DNA of 64,000 nt from an uncultured Oscillospiraceae bacterium (GCA_964550315.1 CAZJYY010000007.1:2806-66805); one strand, 5' to 3'. Shown: positions 46,341 to 57,343, counted from the stretch's first letter. Translations and numbers: made by a program. The notes: a model not told the origin generated them from the letters alone.

Positions 46341-47345
46341 TTACTTGATTAAAATGTTTCCCTTTGGCGTGTCCACGCCCTTCACAAACACTGAAGAAAA
46401 TCCGAACTCCGCCTTAAGGATGTCTACATTTTTTCTTCCCTGACCAATCATTTGGGAAAGCTGTGCGGGGTTCACCTCAAGCACAAGGCTTTCTCCAAGC
46501 TCACGGTCTTTTAAAAGTGTCCTTGCCCTGTTCAGCATTATCCGTGAGCGCACAAGCTCGCCCAGCGCCGGATGGTACGCCCCCCCAAGGGCAGCACCTG
46601 CGGACAGCTCCTCCGTAGGGTTAAGGCCAAGTCGTATTACAGCAATCCCCGCTTCCTCAAAAAGCGGCAAAATGGCGGAGCAGTAGTCCACTGCCTCCTC
46701 CACTGTGTGCTCGTCATATTCACCCCTGCGCCACATATCGCAAAGCTCAGTGTCTGAAACGATTACTGTGGGATAAATTCGCACGCCGTCAGGCTCAAGG
46801 GCAATTATGCGCTTCGCCGTTTCAATGCATCGCGCCTTTGTGTCCCCCGGGAGTCCCGTCATCATCTGGAGCACAAGCTTGAAGCCACACTCCTTTATTA
46901 GCCGCGCTGCGTGCTCCGTCTGCCGGGCGGTATGACCCCGCTTTGAAAGTTCAAGCACTTCATCAATCATAGACTGACTGCCAAGCTCAATTGTTGTGAC
47001 CCCGTAATCCCGCAGCCGGCTTAAAATTTCTTCATCTATGGCATCCGGTCTTGTGGAAAGCCTTATTGAAGAAATTTGCCCGGCACGCAAAAACGGCAAG
47101 GCCGCACCGAGAAGCTCACACTGCTTTTCGGTGGGAATTGCCGTAAAACTGCCGCCGTAAAACGCCAGCTCGATATTACTGCCCTCAGGATTTTTCAAAA
47201 TGCCCTCCCGTATGGTTTCCGCAACGGCTGCGGCATCCGGCTGGGAAAGACTGCCCGAAATTCGGCGCTGGTTGCAGAAAACACAGCCCCGTGGGCAGCC
47301 CAAATGGGGAACAAAAACCGGAATAATCCTCCCCTTAACACTCAT
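46341..47345 (-). CDS. radical SAM protein (ELP3-like family)
   Basis: CPRGCVFCNQ radical-SAM cysteine triad near the N-terminus. 334 aa. It sits between rnc and smc. Confidence 0.75.
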   Translation of the reverse strand: MSVKGRIIPVFVPHLGCPRGCVFCNQRRISGSLSQPDAAAVAETIREGILKNPEGSNIELAFYGGSFTAIPTEKQCELLGAALPFLRAGQISSIRLSTRPDAIDEEILSRLRDYGVTTIELGSQSMIDEVLELSKRGHTARQTEHAARLIKECGFKLVLQMMTGLPGDTKARCIETAKRIIALEPDGVRIYPTVIVSDTELCDMWRRGEYDEHTVEEAVDYCSAILPLFEEAGIAVIRLGLNPTEELSAGAALGGAYHPALGELVRSRIMLNRARTLLKDRELGESLVLEVNPAQLSQMIGQGRKNVDILKAEFGFSSVFVKGVDTPKGNILIK

Positions 47346-48040
47346 TTTGAAATCTCCTCAAGGCCGTTTCTTGCGGCGGACTGCTCCGCCTCCTTCTTTG
47401 TGCGCCCGCTGCCCTTACCGATTTCTTCGTCGTTAAGTAGCACCCGAACCATAAAAATCTTTCGGTGGTCAGGGCCACTTTCGGAAACAAGCTCATAGCT
47501 TAAGCTTTGGCCGGGCTTGCGCTGTATAAGCTCCTGCAGTGCGGTTTTATAGTCGCTCATGGGCTGTGGCTCGTCGCCGCAGACCTCTGCAAGAATATGT
47601 TCGTTAATAAAATTCCTTGCAACATCAAGTCCTCCGTCAAGGTACAGCGAGGCAATGACCGCCTCAACCGCATCTGCGAGGATAGACTCCCGCTGTCTTC
47701 CGCCGGAATGCTCCTCGCCCTTTCCAAGGCGAATATACTTACCAAGCTCCAAGGAACACGCCACCCTATGCAGACTGTGCTCGCAAACCAGCTCTGCACG
47801 AAGGCGTGTCATCTTACCTTCGGGCATTTGTGGAAAGTTAAGGTAAAGATAGCTCGCCACCACCTGCCCCAAAACAGAATCTCCCAAAAACTCCAGGCGC
47901 TCATTGCTCATGAGTCCCTCACCCTTGTTTTCGTTGGCGTAGGAGCTGTGGCTCAATGCCGTGAGCAGGAGCGCCCTGTCTTTGAAGCTGTAATTAAGTT
48001 TTCTTTCAAGCTCGTCCATGGGACGCTCCTTCTCTGCCAA
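47342..48040 (-). CDS. rnc: ribonuclease III
   Basis: NERLEFLGDSVL signature and a C-terminal dsRBD (GSGRTKKEAEQSAA). Confidence 0.95.
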   Translation of the reverse strand: MAEKERPMDELERKLNYSFKDRALLLTALSHSSYANENKGEGLMSNERLEFLGDSVLGQVVASYLYLNFPQMPEGKMTRLRAELVCEHSLHRVACSLELGKYIRLGKGEEHSGGRQRESILADAVEAVIASLYLDGGLDVARNFINEHILAEVCGDEPQPMSDYKTALQELIQRKPGQSLSYELVSESGPDHRKIFMVRVLLNDEEIGKGSGRTKKEAEQSAARNGLEEISK

Positions 48041-48049
48041 ATAAGAACA

Positions 48050-48286
48050 TTAGTCCTGAATGCAGCTACTAACGTAGTCAACAAGGTCACCGACGGTAAC
48101 GATTTGCTTAAGCTCATCGTCAGAAACCTCCGGTAAAGAGAATTCCTCTTCAATTGCCATTGTAAGCTCTACAATGTCAAGGGAGTCGGCGCCCAAATCG
48201 TCAATGAAGGAGGTTTCCCTCGTAACGGCTTCGGGGTCAATAACAAACTGTTCGCATATTAACTGTTGAATTTTTTCAAATACCAT
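48050..48286 (-). CDS. acpP: acyl carrier protein
   Basis: DLGADSLDIVEL phosphopantetheine attachment site. The ATG at 48284-48286 follows GGAG. Confidence 0.92.
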   Translation of the reverse strand: MVFEKIQQLICEQFVIDPEAVTRETSFIDDLGADSLDIVELTMAIEEEFSLPEVSDDELKQIVTVGDLVDYVSSCIQD

Positions 48287-48339
48287 GATACACATCTCCA
48301 TTTATTTGCTTGCTACAGATGATAATATTCACAAAGCCT

Positions 48340-49377
48340 TTACTTGTCAATACCATCTTCCTTTGAAATTGTCATAAGTCCAATATTTTTTGCTATCTCG
48401 TTGGTAACATCCGCTTTTATAAAGTTAACGGATTGAGCAATTGCATTTTTTATCGCCCTGGCATCGGAAGAACCGTGGGCCTTGATAACGGGTTTTGTAA
48501 TTCCTAAAAGCGCTGTTCCGCCGATGGTCGCCGGATCAATAAGGGTTTTTAGGTTTTCAAGCTTTTTCTTAATAAGAAGAGCGCCCATCTTTGTTCTTAT
48601 TCCGGACATGAGAATAGTTTTAAGATTAGAGCTTATGAACTTTGCCATGCCCTCGCTGCCCTTCAAAAGAACGTTTCCGGAAAATCCGTCGGTAACAACC
48701 ACGTCCACCTCACCGGAGAAAACATCACGGCCTTCAACATTGCCAACAAAGTTTATGTGACCGTTGTCCCCCGCCTGTTTCAAAAGTGCGAAGCTTTCCT
48801 TCTGCAGTTCTCCACCCTTGGTCTCCTCAGTACCCACATTAAGAAGGCCGATCTTCGGCCTTGCTATTCCCAGAATATCTTGGCAATAAAAGCTGCCCAT
48901 ATATGCAAACTGCAAAAGGTACTCCGGCGTGCACTCCACGTTTGCGCCGCAGTCAATAAGCATGGTTCCCTTGCCTCCATTGGGAATAACCGGTGCCATC
49001 GCCGCCCTTCTTATTCCCTTAACACGCTTCACAATAAGGGTCGCTCCCGCAAGAAGTGCACCGGTGCTGCCGGCGCTGACGCAGGCGTCCCCCTCTCCAT
49101 TTTTAAGCATGTTCAGGGCAACAAACATGGATGAGTCCTTTTTTGTCCTTAAAACGCCTGTGGGGTCATCCTCCATGAGCACAACCTCCGTGGCATTAAC
49201 AACATTTATCTTGTCCCCGAGATTCCCCGCCTTCTCGTTTTTAAGGCAGGTACGAACCTCAGTCTCTTTGCCCACCAAGGTTACGGTAACGCCAAACTCA
49301 CGGACAGCCTCCACTGCTCCTTTTACTATCTCCGCAGGAGCGTTGTCTCCCCCCATTGCGTCAATTATTATTCTCAT
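48340..49377 (-). CDS. plsX: phosphate acyltransferase PlsX
   Basis: MRIIIDAMGGDNAP..., IGLLNVGTEE and VVTDGFSGNV motifs. The start at 49375-49377 avoids overlap with the trmFO stop. Confidence 0.94.
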   Translation of the reverse strand: MRIIIDAMGGDNAPAEIVKGAVEAVREFGVTVTLVGKETEVRTCLKNEKAGNLGDKINVVNATEVVLMEDDPTGVLRTKKDSSMFVALNMLKNGEGDACVSAGSTGALLAGATLIVKRVKGIRRAAMAPVIPNGGKGTMLIDCGANVECTPEYLLQFAYMGSFYCQDILGIARPKIGLLNVGTEETKGGELQKESFALLKQAGDNGHINFVGNVEGRDVFSGEVDVVVTDGFSGNVLLKGSEGMAKFISSNLKTILMSGIRTKMGALLIKKKLENLKTLIDPATIGGTALLGITKPVIKAHGSSDARAIKNAIAQSVNFIKADVTNEIAKNIGLMTISKEDGIDK

Positions 49378-49381
49378 ATGT

Positions 49382-50701
49382 CTATCTCCATTCTGCCGCT
49401 TTGTCTCTAAAACGATTTTCAATTATGTCAAGAGACCTTGCTGAAATTTCGGCATTTTTGTTTCGCTTGCCTTTAACTCGCTTATCCAGCGGCGGGATTA
49501 TACCGAAATTAACGTTCATGGGCTGGAAATGTGCCACCGTACTGTCGGAAATGTACAACGCCAGTGCGCCGATTGCCGTTTCCGGTGGGAAGTCATAGGA
49601 CTCCTGTCCCAAAACACGGGCTGCGGTTTCCATGCCTGTAAGCATGCCTGAGGCGGCCGATTCCACATATCCCTCCACACCCGTCATCTGACCGGCAAAG
49701 CTTATTCGCGGCTCTGATTTCAGCCTGTAATACCTGTCAAGAAGCCGTGGCGAATCAAGATAGGTATTTCTATGCATAACGCCATAGCGGACAAATTCCG
49801 CATTCTTAAGCGCCGGAATCATTGAAAAAACACGCCTTTGCTCCGGGAAGGCAAGGTGAGTTTGAAAGCCCACAAGATTATATATCGTTCCGGCGGCATT
49901 GTCCCGGCGAAGCTGCACAACAGCGTAATTTTCCCGCCCGTTTCTGGGGTCAATAAGTCCCACGGGCTTTAAGGGGCCGAAGCGCAGGGTATCCTCGCCC
50001 CGGCGTGCCATAACCTCAACCGGCATGCAGCCTTCAAATACGCCGCCGTCATCAAAGCCGTGAACCTCCGCCTCTCTTGCGGTGCAAAGCTCCCGCCAAA
50101 AGGCAAGGTACTGCTCCTTATCCATGGGGCAGTTAATATAATCCGCCGTACCCTTATCGTAGCGTGAAGCGTAAAATGCGCTATCTAAATCAATGCTTTC
50201 AAGGGTCACAATAGGCGCTGCCGCATCATAAAAGCTCAAATACTGTGCTCCGCTGCAAAGCTCTCCTATTTTTTCCGCCATAGCATCGCTGGTGAGGGGG
50301 CCTGTGGCGATTATAACCTCGCCCTGGGGAATTTCCACTGCTTCTTCCTGCACTATTTCCACATTTGGGAGGGCGCAGAGCCTGTCTGTTACCATTTGCG
50401 AGAAACCCACCCTGTCCACCGCCAGAGCGCCGCCTGCAGCCACACGTGTAGCGTCGGCACATTCCATTATAAGCGAGCCCAAACGCCGCATTTCCTCTTT
50501 AAGAAGCCCTATGGCATTGCTAAGCTCATCGCTTCTCAGTGAGTTTGAACACACCAGCTCCGCAAAGGTGGGTGCACTGTGAGCCGGTGTCATTTTATTC
50601 GGTTTCATTTCCACAAGCCGCACAGGGATATCCCGTTTGGCAAGCTGCCACGCAGCCTCGCTTCCCGCAAGACCCGCGCCTATCACCGTGACCTTATCCA
50701 A
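49382..50701 (-). CDS. trmFO: methylenetetrahydrofolate--tRNA-(uracil-5-)-methyltransferase TrmFO
   Basis: [19 protein letters not shown] motif, ELVCSNSLR and [11 protein letters not shown] motifs. Confidence 0.93.
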   Translation of the reverse strand: MDKVTVIGAGLAGSEAAWQLAKRDIPVRLVEMKPNKMTPAHSAPTFAELVCSNSLRSDELSNAIGLLKEEMRRLGSLIMECADATRVAAGGALAVDRVGFSQMVTDRLCALPNVEIVQEEAVEIPQGEVIIATGPLTSDAMAEKIGELCSGAQYLSFYDAAAPIVTLESIDLDSAFYASRYDKGTADYINCPMDKEQYLAFWRELCTAREAEVHGFDDGGVFEGCMPVEVMARRGEDTLRFGPLKPVGLIDPRNGRENYAVVQLRRDNAAGTIYNLVGFQTHLAFPEQRRVFSMIPALKNAEFVRYGVMHRNTYLDSPRLLDRYYRLKSEPRISFAGQMTGVEGYVESAASGMLTGMETAARVLGQESYDFPPETAIGALALYISDSTVAHFQPMNVNFGIIPPLDKRVKGKRNKNAEISARSLDIIENRFRDKAAEWR

Positions 50702-50720
50702 TATTCATCCTCCGGTGTAA

Positions 50721-53093
50721 TTACTTTGATGCTGCTTTTTTCGCCGCAGTCGTCTTTTTCTCTGCCGGTTTCTTTGAAGCTGCAGGCTTTTTGGCTGTCT
50801 TGTCCGCTGCTGCGGTCTTTTTGCCCTTGGCAGCCGGGGTCTTTGCCGCCGCCTTTTTTGCCCCGGCCTTCTTTGCGGTTTTTGCTTCGGCTTCGTCCTT
50901 TTTATCCTCGGGTTTTTCCTCGCCCTCGGCAGGCTTTTTGCGATATCCCCGCTTATCCTCCGGCAAATATCGTGAGCATTCTTTATTGATGCAGAAAGGA
51001 GTTTTCTTGCCCTTACCTGATAGCTTAAACATAGTCTTTCCGCACTCGGGACAGTTTTCCTTAACCGGAACGTCCCAAGTCATGAAGCCCACAATTTCGT
51101 TTCCATCGGCTCCCTCACCCCGATATGGGCAGTCCTTGCCCCGCTCGCAAGCGTAGAAGGTGTAGCCATTTTTGGAGGTGCGCTTCAAAATCCTGCTGCC
51201 GCAGAAGGGGCATCTGCCCGGCATTTCAATGACAATAGGCTTTGTAAAATCGCATTCGGGATAGCCCGGGCAAGCCAAAAACCTTCCGAACTTTCCGCTT
51301 TTAACTACCATCTGCTTTCCGCACTTATCGCAAAGCTCATCTGAAAGCTCGTCGGGAATTTTGATGTGCTGGCCTTCAAGGGAGGCCTCGGCCTCCAAAA
51401 GTTCCTTTTCAAAGCTGCCGTAGAATTCCTTTAAAATGTCCTTCCAAAAGCGCTTGCCCTCCTCAACGCTGTCAAGGGTGTCCTCCATGCGGGCAGTGAA
51501 TTTCAAATCAACTATATCGGGGAAATATTTTTCCATCATTTCCTCGGTAACCGTTTCTCCAAGCACCGTTGGACGAAGGTATTTGCCCTCCTTCACCACG
51601 TATTCACGGCTGGTTATTGTACTGATAGTGGGGGCGTAGGTACTTGGCCGTCCAATGCCCTTTTCTTCCATGGCACGAATCAGCGTCGCCTCGGTATATC
51701 GGGAGGGTGGCTGGGTGAACTGCTGCTCCTTGTTATACTTAAGGAACTTCATGCTCTCGCCCTCTTTAAGTGCGGGCAGTGGTATCTGACGCTCGGTGTC
51801 CTCCTCGTCCTTGCTTTCCTCGTACACTGCAGTGTAGCCGGGAAATTTAAGGCTTGAGTGGTTTGCCTTGAACATATATCCTGCACTGATTGTCTCCACC
51901 GATACGCTGTCGTATATGGCGTTGGACATCTGGCAGGCGGTAAAGCGCCCCCAGATAAGACGGTAAAGCCTGTACTGGTCAGGTGTCAAATCCTTGCGAA
52001 TCGCCTCCGGTGTAAGCTCAATATTGCTGGGACGAATGGCTTCGTGGGCATCCTGCGCACCAGCCTTGGTTTTAAAGGTACGAGGCTGACCGGGGTAATA
52101 TTCCAGTCCATAGCGGCCTATAATAAACTTTTTTGCAGCCGCAGTGGCATCGTCTGAAAGACGCAGAGAGTCCGTTCTCATGTAAGTTATAAGACCCAAT
52201 GTTCCCTCGCCGCTAATATCCACGCCTTCGTAAAGCTGCTGGGCAATGGACATGGTTCGATAGGGGGTCATTCCCAAACGGCGGGAAGCCTCCTGCTGAA
52301 GTGTTGATGTGATGAAAGGGGGTGCAGGACTGCGCTGTTTTTCCCCACGCTTAACGGTTTTGATTAAAAAGTCCTCTTTGGAAACTGCTGAAATTACAGA
52401 CTCCACCTGCTGCTCGCTTTTCAGCTCCTGCTTTTTGCCGTCCTCTGTGCCATGGAAACGGGCAATAAATTCACCCTTTTTGCCAATGCTGCCAAGTGTA
52501 ACGTCCAAAAGCCAGTATTCTTCCTGGTTAAACTCCCTTATCTCTTTCTCCCTGTCCACCACCATTCGGGTGGCAACAGACTGGACACGGCCTGCACTTA
52601 GTCCACGGCGAACCTTACGCCAAAGAAGCGGGCTAAGCTTATAGCCCACAATACGGTCAAGAATACGCCTTGCCTGCTGTGCATCAACCAAATCAAGGTC
52701 AAGATCACGAGGCTCTGAAATGCTTTCTGTAACCACCTTTTTTGTAATTTCGTTGAAGGTTACCCGCTTGGCCTTCTCGTCGGGAAGCTTTAAAAGCTCC
52801 TTAAGATGCCAGGAGATGGCCTCTCCCTCACGGTCCGGGTCCGTTGCCAGATAGACGGTGTCCGCAGCCTTTGCCTGGCTTTGAAGCTCGCCTATCACGG
52901 TTTCACGTCCCTTTACCGGCTGATAGTCCGGTACAAACCCATTGTCTATATCAACGCCCATGGTGCTCTTGGGCAAATCACGCAAATGGCCCATAGAGGC
53001 CACAACATGATAGTCTGTGCCCAAGTAACGTTCAATCGTCTTGGCCTTCGCCGGTGATTCCACGATGACCAAATTCTTCTTCGCTTTCGCCAT
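50721..53093 (-). CDS. topA: DNA topoisomerase I with Lys/Ala-rich C-terminal tail
   Basis: LVIVESPAKAKTI (Toprim), the active-site region ITYMRTDS, three or four C-terminal Zn-ribbon motifs, then about 70 residues of K/A/E-rich low complexity. Confidence 0.96.
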   Translation of the reverse strand: MAKAKKNLVIVESPAKAKTIERYLGTDYHVVASMGHLRDLPKSTMGVDIDNGFVPDYQPVKGRETVIGELQSQAKAADTVYLATDPDREGEAISWHLKELLKLPDEKAKRVTFNEITKKVVTESISEPRDLDLDLVDAQQARRILDRIVGYKLSPLLWRKVRRGLSAGRVQSVATRMVVDREKEIREFNQEEYWLLDVTLGSIGKKGEFIARFHGTEDGKKQELKSEQQVESVISAVSKEDFLIKTVKRGEKQRSPAPPFITSTLQQEASRRLGMTPYRTMSIAQQLYEGVDISGEGTLGLITYMRTDSLRLSDDATAAAKKFIIGRYGLEYYPGQPRTFKTKAGAQDAHEAIRPSNIELTPEAIRKDLTPDQYRLYRLIWGRFTACQMSNAIYDSVSVETISAGYMFKANHSSLKFPGYTAVYEESKDEEDTERQIPLPALKEGESMKFLKYNKEQQFTQPPSRYTEATLIRAMEEKGIGRPSTYAPTISTITSREYVVKEGKYLRPTVLGETVTEEMMEKYFPDIVDLKFTARMEDTLDSVEEGKRFWKDILKEFYGSFEKELLEAEASLEGQHIKIPDELSDELCDKCGKQMVVKSGKFGRFLACPGYPECDFTKPIVIEMPGRCPFCGSRILKRTSKNGYTFYACERGKDCPYRGEGADGNEIVGFMTWDVPVKENCPECGKTMFKLSGKGKKTPFCINKECSRYLPEDKRGYRKKPAEGEEKPEDKKDEAEAKTAKKAGAKKAAAKTPAAKGKKTAAADKTAKKPAASKKPAEKKTTAAKKAASK

Positions 53094-53107
53094 GTTCTTC
53101 CTCGCTT

Positions 53108-54394
53108 TTAATTTCTATTGACGTCTATATTCAAAGTAAATCGCTTTCCACTTTCCTGTGAAACAAAGCCCTTAATCTGAAGCACTGTAAGCTCCGACAG
53201 CACTGTGGGAGCTGAAAGCCCCGCCCTGTCTATAATATCGTCCACATGCATGGAGCTTTCATTCATAGCAGAAATAATTTTTAGCTGGCTTTCAGACAGG
53301 GTCTTAAGCTGTCCACGCAAATCAATATATTCCCGGGAATTTTCCTTGTCAATCTTTTTCCGCTCATTCTTTACCCGAAGCTTGTAAAAGCCCCGACCGG
53401 TTTCCGGCTGGGAAGATGCCGATTTTACGGGCGTCTCCGGCGGTTTTTCACTCTCTGCCCTCTTTTCACGTTCATCCAAAGCAGCCATTTTCTGCTTTTC
53501 CGGCTTTGAAAGTTTTTGATGGAAGCGGGCTTCAAATTCCGATAGGATATCCCAGCCATCGGTTATAAGCCCGGCACCGTCCTTTATTAACATGTTTGAG
53601 CCGGTGAATCCCGGTGCGTCAACATTTCCGGGCACGGCAAAAACCTCTCGTCCCTGGTCAAGTGCACGGGCGGCGGTGATAAGTGCTCCGCTGCCCTTTG
53701 GTGCTTCCACCACCGCAACGCCGAGGGACAAGCCACTTATAATTCTGTTGCGCTCAGGGAAATTTCTGCCCTCCGTGGGCACTCCGGGTGGATATTCCGA
53801 AATCAATGCACCCGAAAGGGTAACATCATTATATATGTCCGTATTATAGGCAGGATATACCACGTCAATTGCACATCCAAGAACGCCAAGGCAGGCTCCT
53901 CCCGCCAAAAGTGCACCTTGAGCCGCTGCGCTGTCAACACCTGCGGCAAGTCCGGTTACCACCAGTGCTCCGCCCTTTGCAAGCTCAAAGCCGAGACGCC
54001 TTGCCATTTTTATTCCGTAGGGACTTGCGTTTCTTGTGCCCACAACGCCGATTGCGGCTTCCTCATCCACCGCCGGAAGTCTACCCTTTATGTAAAGAAC
54101 TATGGGTGCATCATAAATATTTCTCAGCCTTGCGGGATACGCCCCGTCGCTGATGGTCAAAATATCAATTCCGTCCCTGGTACAGCGCTCAAGAATATCT
54201 CCTGTGCGCTCCAGTGATTTGTCCAAAATAGCACGTCTTTCCCCGTCCGTAAGGCGAACCTTTAGAGAAAGCTGCTGTTCGTCGGCGAAATAAACTGCCT
54301 CCGGCCCGTCAAATGCCTCCACAAGCTTAAGCTTGGTACGGGATTTCAGGGCGGAAATTGCAGACAGCCACACCCAATACTTAAGCGATGCCAT
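53108..54394 (-). CDS. dprA: DNA processing protein DprA
   Basis: Rossmann-like core VVGTRNASPYG...VTGLAAGVDSAA...GSGALITA and a C-terminal winged helix. The ATG at 54392-54394 shares ATGA with the upstream stop. Confidence 0.9.
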   Translation of the reverse strand: MASLKYWVWLSAISALKSRTKLKLVEAFDGPEAVYFADEQQLSLKVRLTDGERRAILDKSLERTGDILERCTRDGIDILTISDGAYPARLRNIYDAPIVLYIKGRLPAVDEEAAIGVVGTRNASPYGIKMARRLGFELAKGGALVVTGLAAGVDSAAAQGALLAGGACLGVLGCAIDVVYPAYNTDIYNDVTLSGALISEYPPGVPTEGRNFPERNRIISGLSLGVAVVEAPKGSGALITAARALDQGREVFAVPGNVDAPGFTGSNMLIKDGAGLITDGWDILSEFEARFHQKLSKPEKQKMAALDEREKRAESEKPPETPVKSASSQPETGRGFYKLRVKNERKKIDKENSREYIDLRGQLKTLSESQLKIISAMNESSMHVDDIIDRAGLSAPTVLSELTVLQIKGFVSQESGKRFTLNIDVNRN

Positions 54395-55158
54395 CAGCCA
54401 AGCCTCCCCCTGCACATTTCCCAGGCAACAATGGACGCTGCCACACCGGCATTAAGGGACTCGCTTCCCGGAACCATTGGGATAATCGTACAGCCATTAC
54501 ACATTGCCAAAAGCTCCGGTGACAGTCCCCGCCCCTCGCTGCCTATTGCAACCGCGGCGCAGGAAACGTCAGTTTGCCTAATGTCGACTGCGGTATCCGA
54601 AAGAGCCGCACCGTAAAGCTTTAGCCCATTTTGGTTTACATAATTATGCATCTCTTCAAGCCCCAGCTCCAGCACCCGCTGGCGGAATATTGCGCCCATA
54701 GTTGCCCGAACTGTTTTGGGGTTATATATATCAGCGCAGTCTCCTGTAAGTATCACTGTTCCGACACCAAGGGCGTTGGCCGTGCGCAAAACTGTGCCCA
54801 CATTACCGGGATCCTGAACATTTTCAAGGATTAATGTACTTTTATTTCCCAGACACGGTGCCGTTTGGCTTGGAATTGAAACGGAAAAAACCGGCCCCGG
54901 TGAATTTTTAAGAGGCGAAACATACTCCATCAGCTCTGCATTGCAGCTATAGCACTCAGCGATATTTTCAATACCCACAGGCTTGTCTCCGCAGTAAAGC
55001 ACACAGTTTATCTGTGCATGGGAGGATATGGCCTCAATTAAAAGCTTTGCCCCGTCGCAAAGAAATTCCCCCTTTTCACGGCGGTATTCTCCTTCCCGGG
55101 CAAGGCTTCTAAAGTGCTGAATTATGCTGTTTTTTCGTGATGTAATGTGCTCCGGCAT
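54394..55158 (-). CDS. TrmH/SpoU family RNA 2'-O-methyltransferase
   Basis: LENVQDPGNVGTVLRTA, IGSEGRGLS and IPMVPGSESLNAGVAASI motifs. The ATG at 55156-55158 follows GGAG. Confidence 0.88.
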   Translation of the reverse strand: MPEHITSRKNSIIQHFRSLAREGEYRREKGEFLCDGAKLLIEAISSHAQINCVLYCGDKPVGIENIAECYSCNAELMEYVSPLKNSPGPVFSVSIPSQTAPCLGNKSTLILENVQDPGNVGTVLRTANALGVGTVILTGDCADIYNPKTVRATMGAIFRQRVLELGLEEMHNYVNQNGLKLYGAALSDTAVDIRQTDVSCAAVAIGSEGRGLSPELLAMCNGCTIIPMVPGSESLNAGVAASIVAWEMCRGRLG

Positions 55159-55221
55159 ATAGTACTCCGTATAACAAGGCTGCGGCGGGGCGAACCGCCC
55201 TGCCACAGCCGATTTAGTTCA

Positions 55222-56736
55222 TTATGCTTCAATTGGTTTCATAGTGGGGAACAAAATTACCTCTCTAATGGAGTCCACCCCGCAAAGGAGCATTACGCAG
55301 CGGTCTATACCTATGCCAAGTCCGCCCGTCGGGGGCATAGCATATTCAAGAGCAGTTACGAAATCCTCGTCCATCATGCCTGCTTCGGCATCGCCCTTGG
55401 AACGAAGCTCTGCCTGCTTCTGGAAGCGCTGCTTCTGGTCAATGGGGTCGTTAAGCTCCGAGAAGGCGTTGCCCATCTCGCTGTGGCAAATGAAAAGCTC
55501 AAAGCGCTCGGTAAGGCGGGAATCCTTGGGACTGCGCTTTGCAAGGGGTGAAACGTCAACAGGGTGCATGGTGATAAAGGTGGGCTGGATAAGTTTCTCC
55601 TCCACCTTTTGGTCAAAGCACTCGTAAAGAGCATTGCCCCAGGTTTTTTCCTTCTCCTTGGGTATTTCAACGCCAACGGATTTTGCAAGGGCAACCGCAT
55701 CCTCGTCAGTGGATACGCCCATAAAGTCCACACCAAGATACTTTTTAACGGCTTCGTGCATGGGCAGACGCTCCCAGCCAGGAGCAAGAGAAATGTCATA
55801 TCCCAGCCAATTAACGTCATATGTTCCCAGAATGTCCATTGCCGCCCCGGAAAGAAGCGCTTCAAAAAGGTCCATCATTCCGTTGAAATCTGTGTATGAC
55901 TCGTAAAGCTCAACCGTAGTAAATTCCGGGTTGTGCTTCGTGTCCATACCTTCGTTGCGGAAAATCCGGCCGATTTCGTAAACACGCTCGATACCACCAA
56001 CGATAAGGCGCTTTAAATGGAGCTCCGTGGCAATACGCATGTACATGTCAATATCAAGAGCGTTGTGATGAGTGATAAAGGGGCGTGCGGTAGCACCGCC
56101 GGAAATGGTGTTCAAAACCGGCGTTTCAACCTCCATATACCCGCGGTTATCCAAAAAGCTGCGGACATAGCGGATGAAACGGCTGCGGATTTCAAAGTTT
56201 CGGCGAACCTCGGGATTCACGATAAGGTCAACATAGCGCTGACGGTAGCGGGTCTCCGTGTCTGTAAGGCCGTGGAACTTCTCCGGCAGGGGCAAAAGCG
56301 ACTTTGAAAGAAGCTTTACAGTTTTAACGTGAATGGATATCTCTCCCTTGCGGGTGCGGAAAACAAAACCTTCCACGCCGACGATGTCGCCGATGTCCCA
56401 CTTTTTAAACTCAGCAAAGGCATCCTCGCCCAGGTCGTTAACCCGAACATAAAGCTGTATACGGCCCTTGTCGTCCTGAATATCGGCAAAGAAGGCCTTT
56501 CCCATGTCACGCTTTGACATAAGCCGACCGCAGGCGGAAACATCCTTTTCCTCCCACTGGTCAAAGTTATCTTTAATCTCGGCGCTGTATGCCGTTCTTG
56601 TAAAGCTGGTCTGCTGGAAAGGGTCACGCCCGTCCTGCTGTAGTCTTGCAAGCTTATCTCTTCTTATTTGGCGTATTTCCGAAATGTCCTGTGTCTCTTC
56701 GCCTGCGATTTCTTCTCTGATGGTATCTTCGCTCAT
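55222..56736 (-). CDS. lysS: lysine--tRNA ligase (class II)
   Basis: An OB anticodon-binding domain, then class II motifs FRNEGMDTKHNPEFT and GGLGIGIDR. Confidence 0.96.
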   Translation of the reverse strand: MSEDTIREEIAGEETQDISEIRQIRRDKLARLQQDGRDPFQQTSFTRTAYSAEIKDNFDQWEEKDVSACGRLMSKRDMGKAFFADIQDDKGRIQLYVRVNDLGEDAFAEFKKWDIGDIVGVEGFVFRTRKGEISIHVKTVKLLSKSLLPLPEKFHGLTDTETRYRQRYVDLIVNPEVRRNFEIRSRFIRYVRSFLDNRGYMEVETPVLNTISGGATARPFITHHNALDIDMYMRIATELHLKRLIVGGIERVYEIGRIFRNEGMDTKHNPEFTTVELYESYTDFNGMMDLFEALLSGAAMDILGTYDVNWLGYDISLAPGWERLPMHEAVKKYLGVDFMGVSTDEDAVALAKSVGVEIPKEKEKTWGNALYECFDQKVEEKLIQPTFITMHPVDVSPLAKRSPKDSRLTERFELFICHSEMGNAFSELNDPIDQKQRFQKQAELRSKGDAEAGMMDEDFVTALEYAMPPTGGLGIGIDRCVMLLCGVDSIREVILFPTMKPIEA

Positions 56737-56737
56737 T

Positions 56738-57226
56738 CTATGCTCCCAACCTATTTTCTATTTTTACGATTCTGTACTGGATTATGCCGGACGGTGCTTC
56801 AACAGATACGGTTTCGCCCTCGGAATGGCCCAAAAGCCCCTTGCCAAAGGGTGAATCGTCGGATATACGTCCCTGCATGGGGTTAGCTTCCTGAGAACCA
56901 ACAATGGTATAGTTCTCAAGCTCGCCATCCTCCAGGCACTCAACCTGCACCTTGCTGCCCAAAACGATATTGTGCACCGCTTCGTGCTTCGCAATGACCT
57001 CGGCATTGTCGAGAATGTTTCTAAGCTCTGCTATTTTGGAATAAAGCTTTCCCTGCTCCGTCTTTGCCTCGTCATATTCGCTGTTTTCCGAAAGATCACC
57101 GAAGCTTCGTGCTTCCTTGATCTGCTCTGCGACTTCCTTTTCACGGACAGTCTCCAGATATTCGAGCTCTTCCTTGATTTTGTCAAGGCTTTCCTGGCTC
57201 ATTTTGAACTTTGCTTCGTTAGCCAT
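56738..57226 (-). CDS. greA: transcription elongation factor GreA
   Basis: Coiled-coil N-terminus with ARSFGDLSENSEYDEAK and a C-terminal FKBP-like domain. ATG at 57224-57226. Confidence 0.92.
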   Translation of the reverse strand: MANEAKFKMSQESLDKIKEELEYLETVREKEVAEQIKEARSFGDLSENSEYDEAKTEQGKLYSKIAELRNILDNAEVIAKHEAVHNIVLGSKVQVECLEDGELENYTIVGSQEANPMQGRISDDSPFGKGLLGHSEGETVSVEAPSGIIQYRIVKIENRLGA

Positions 57227-57343
57227 TTCCAAAAGTCCCTTCACTTTATGATAATATAGATATATACATTTAATATAGGCGTGACATCATTGAAACGTAT
57301 TATAGATACAAATTATCCCCCTGTCAAGACGAAACAGCGCCGC

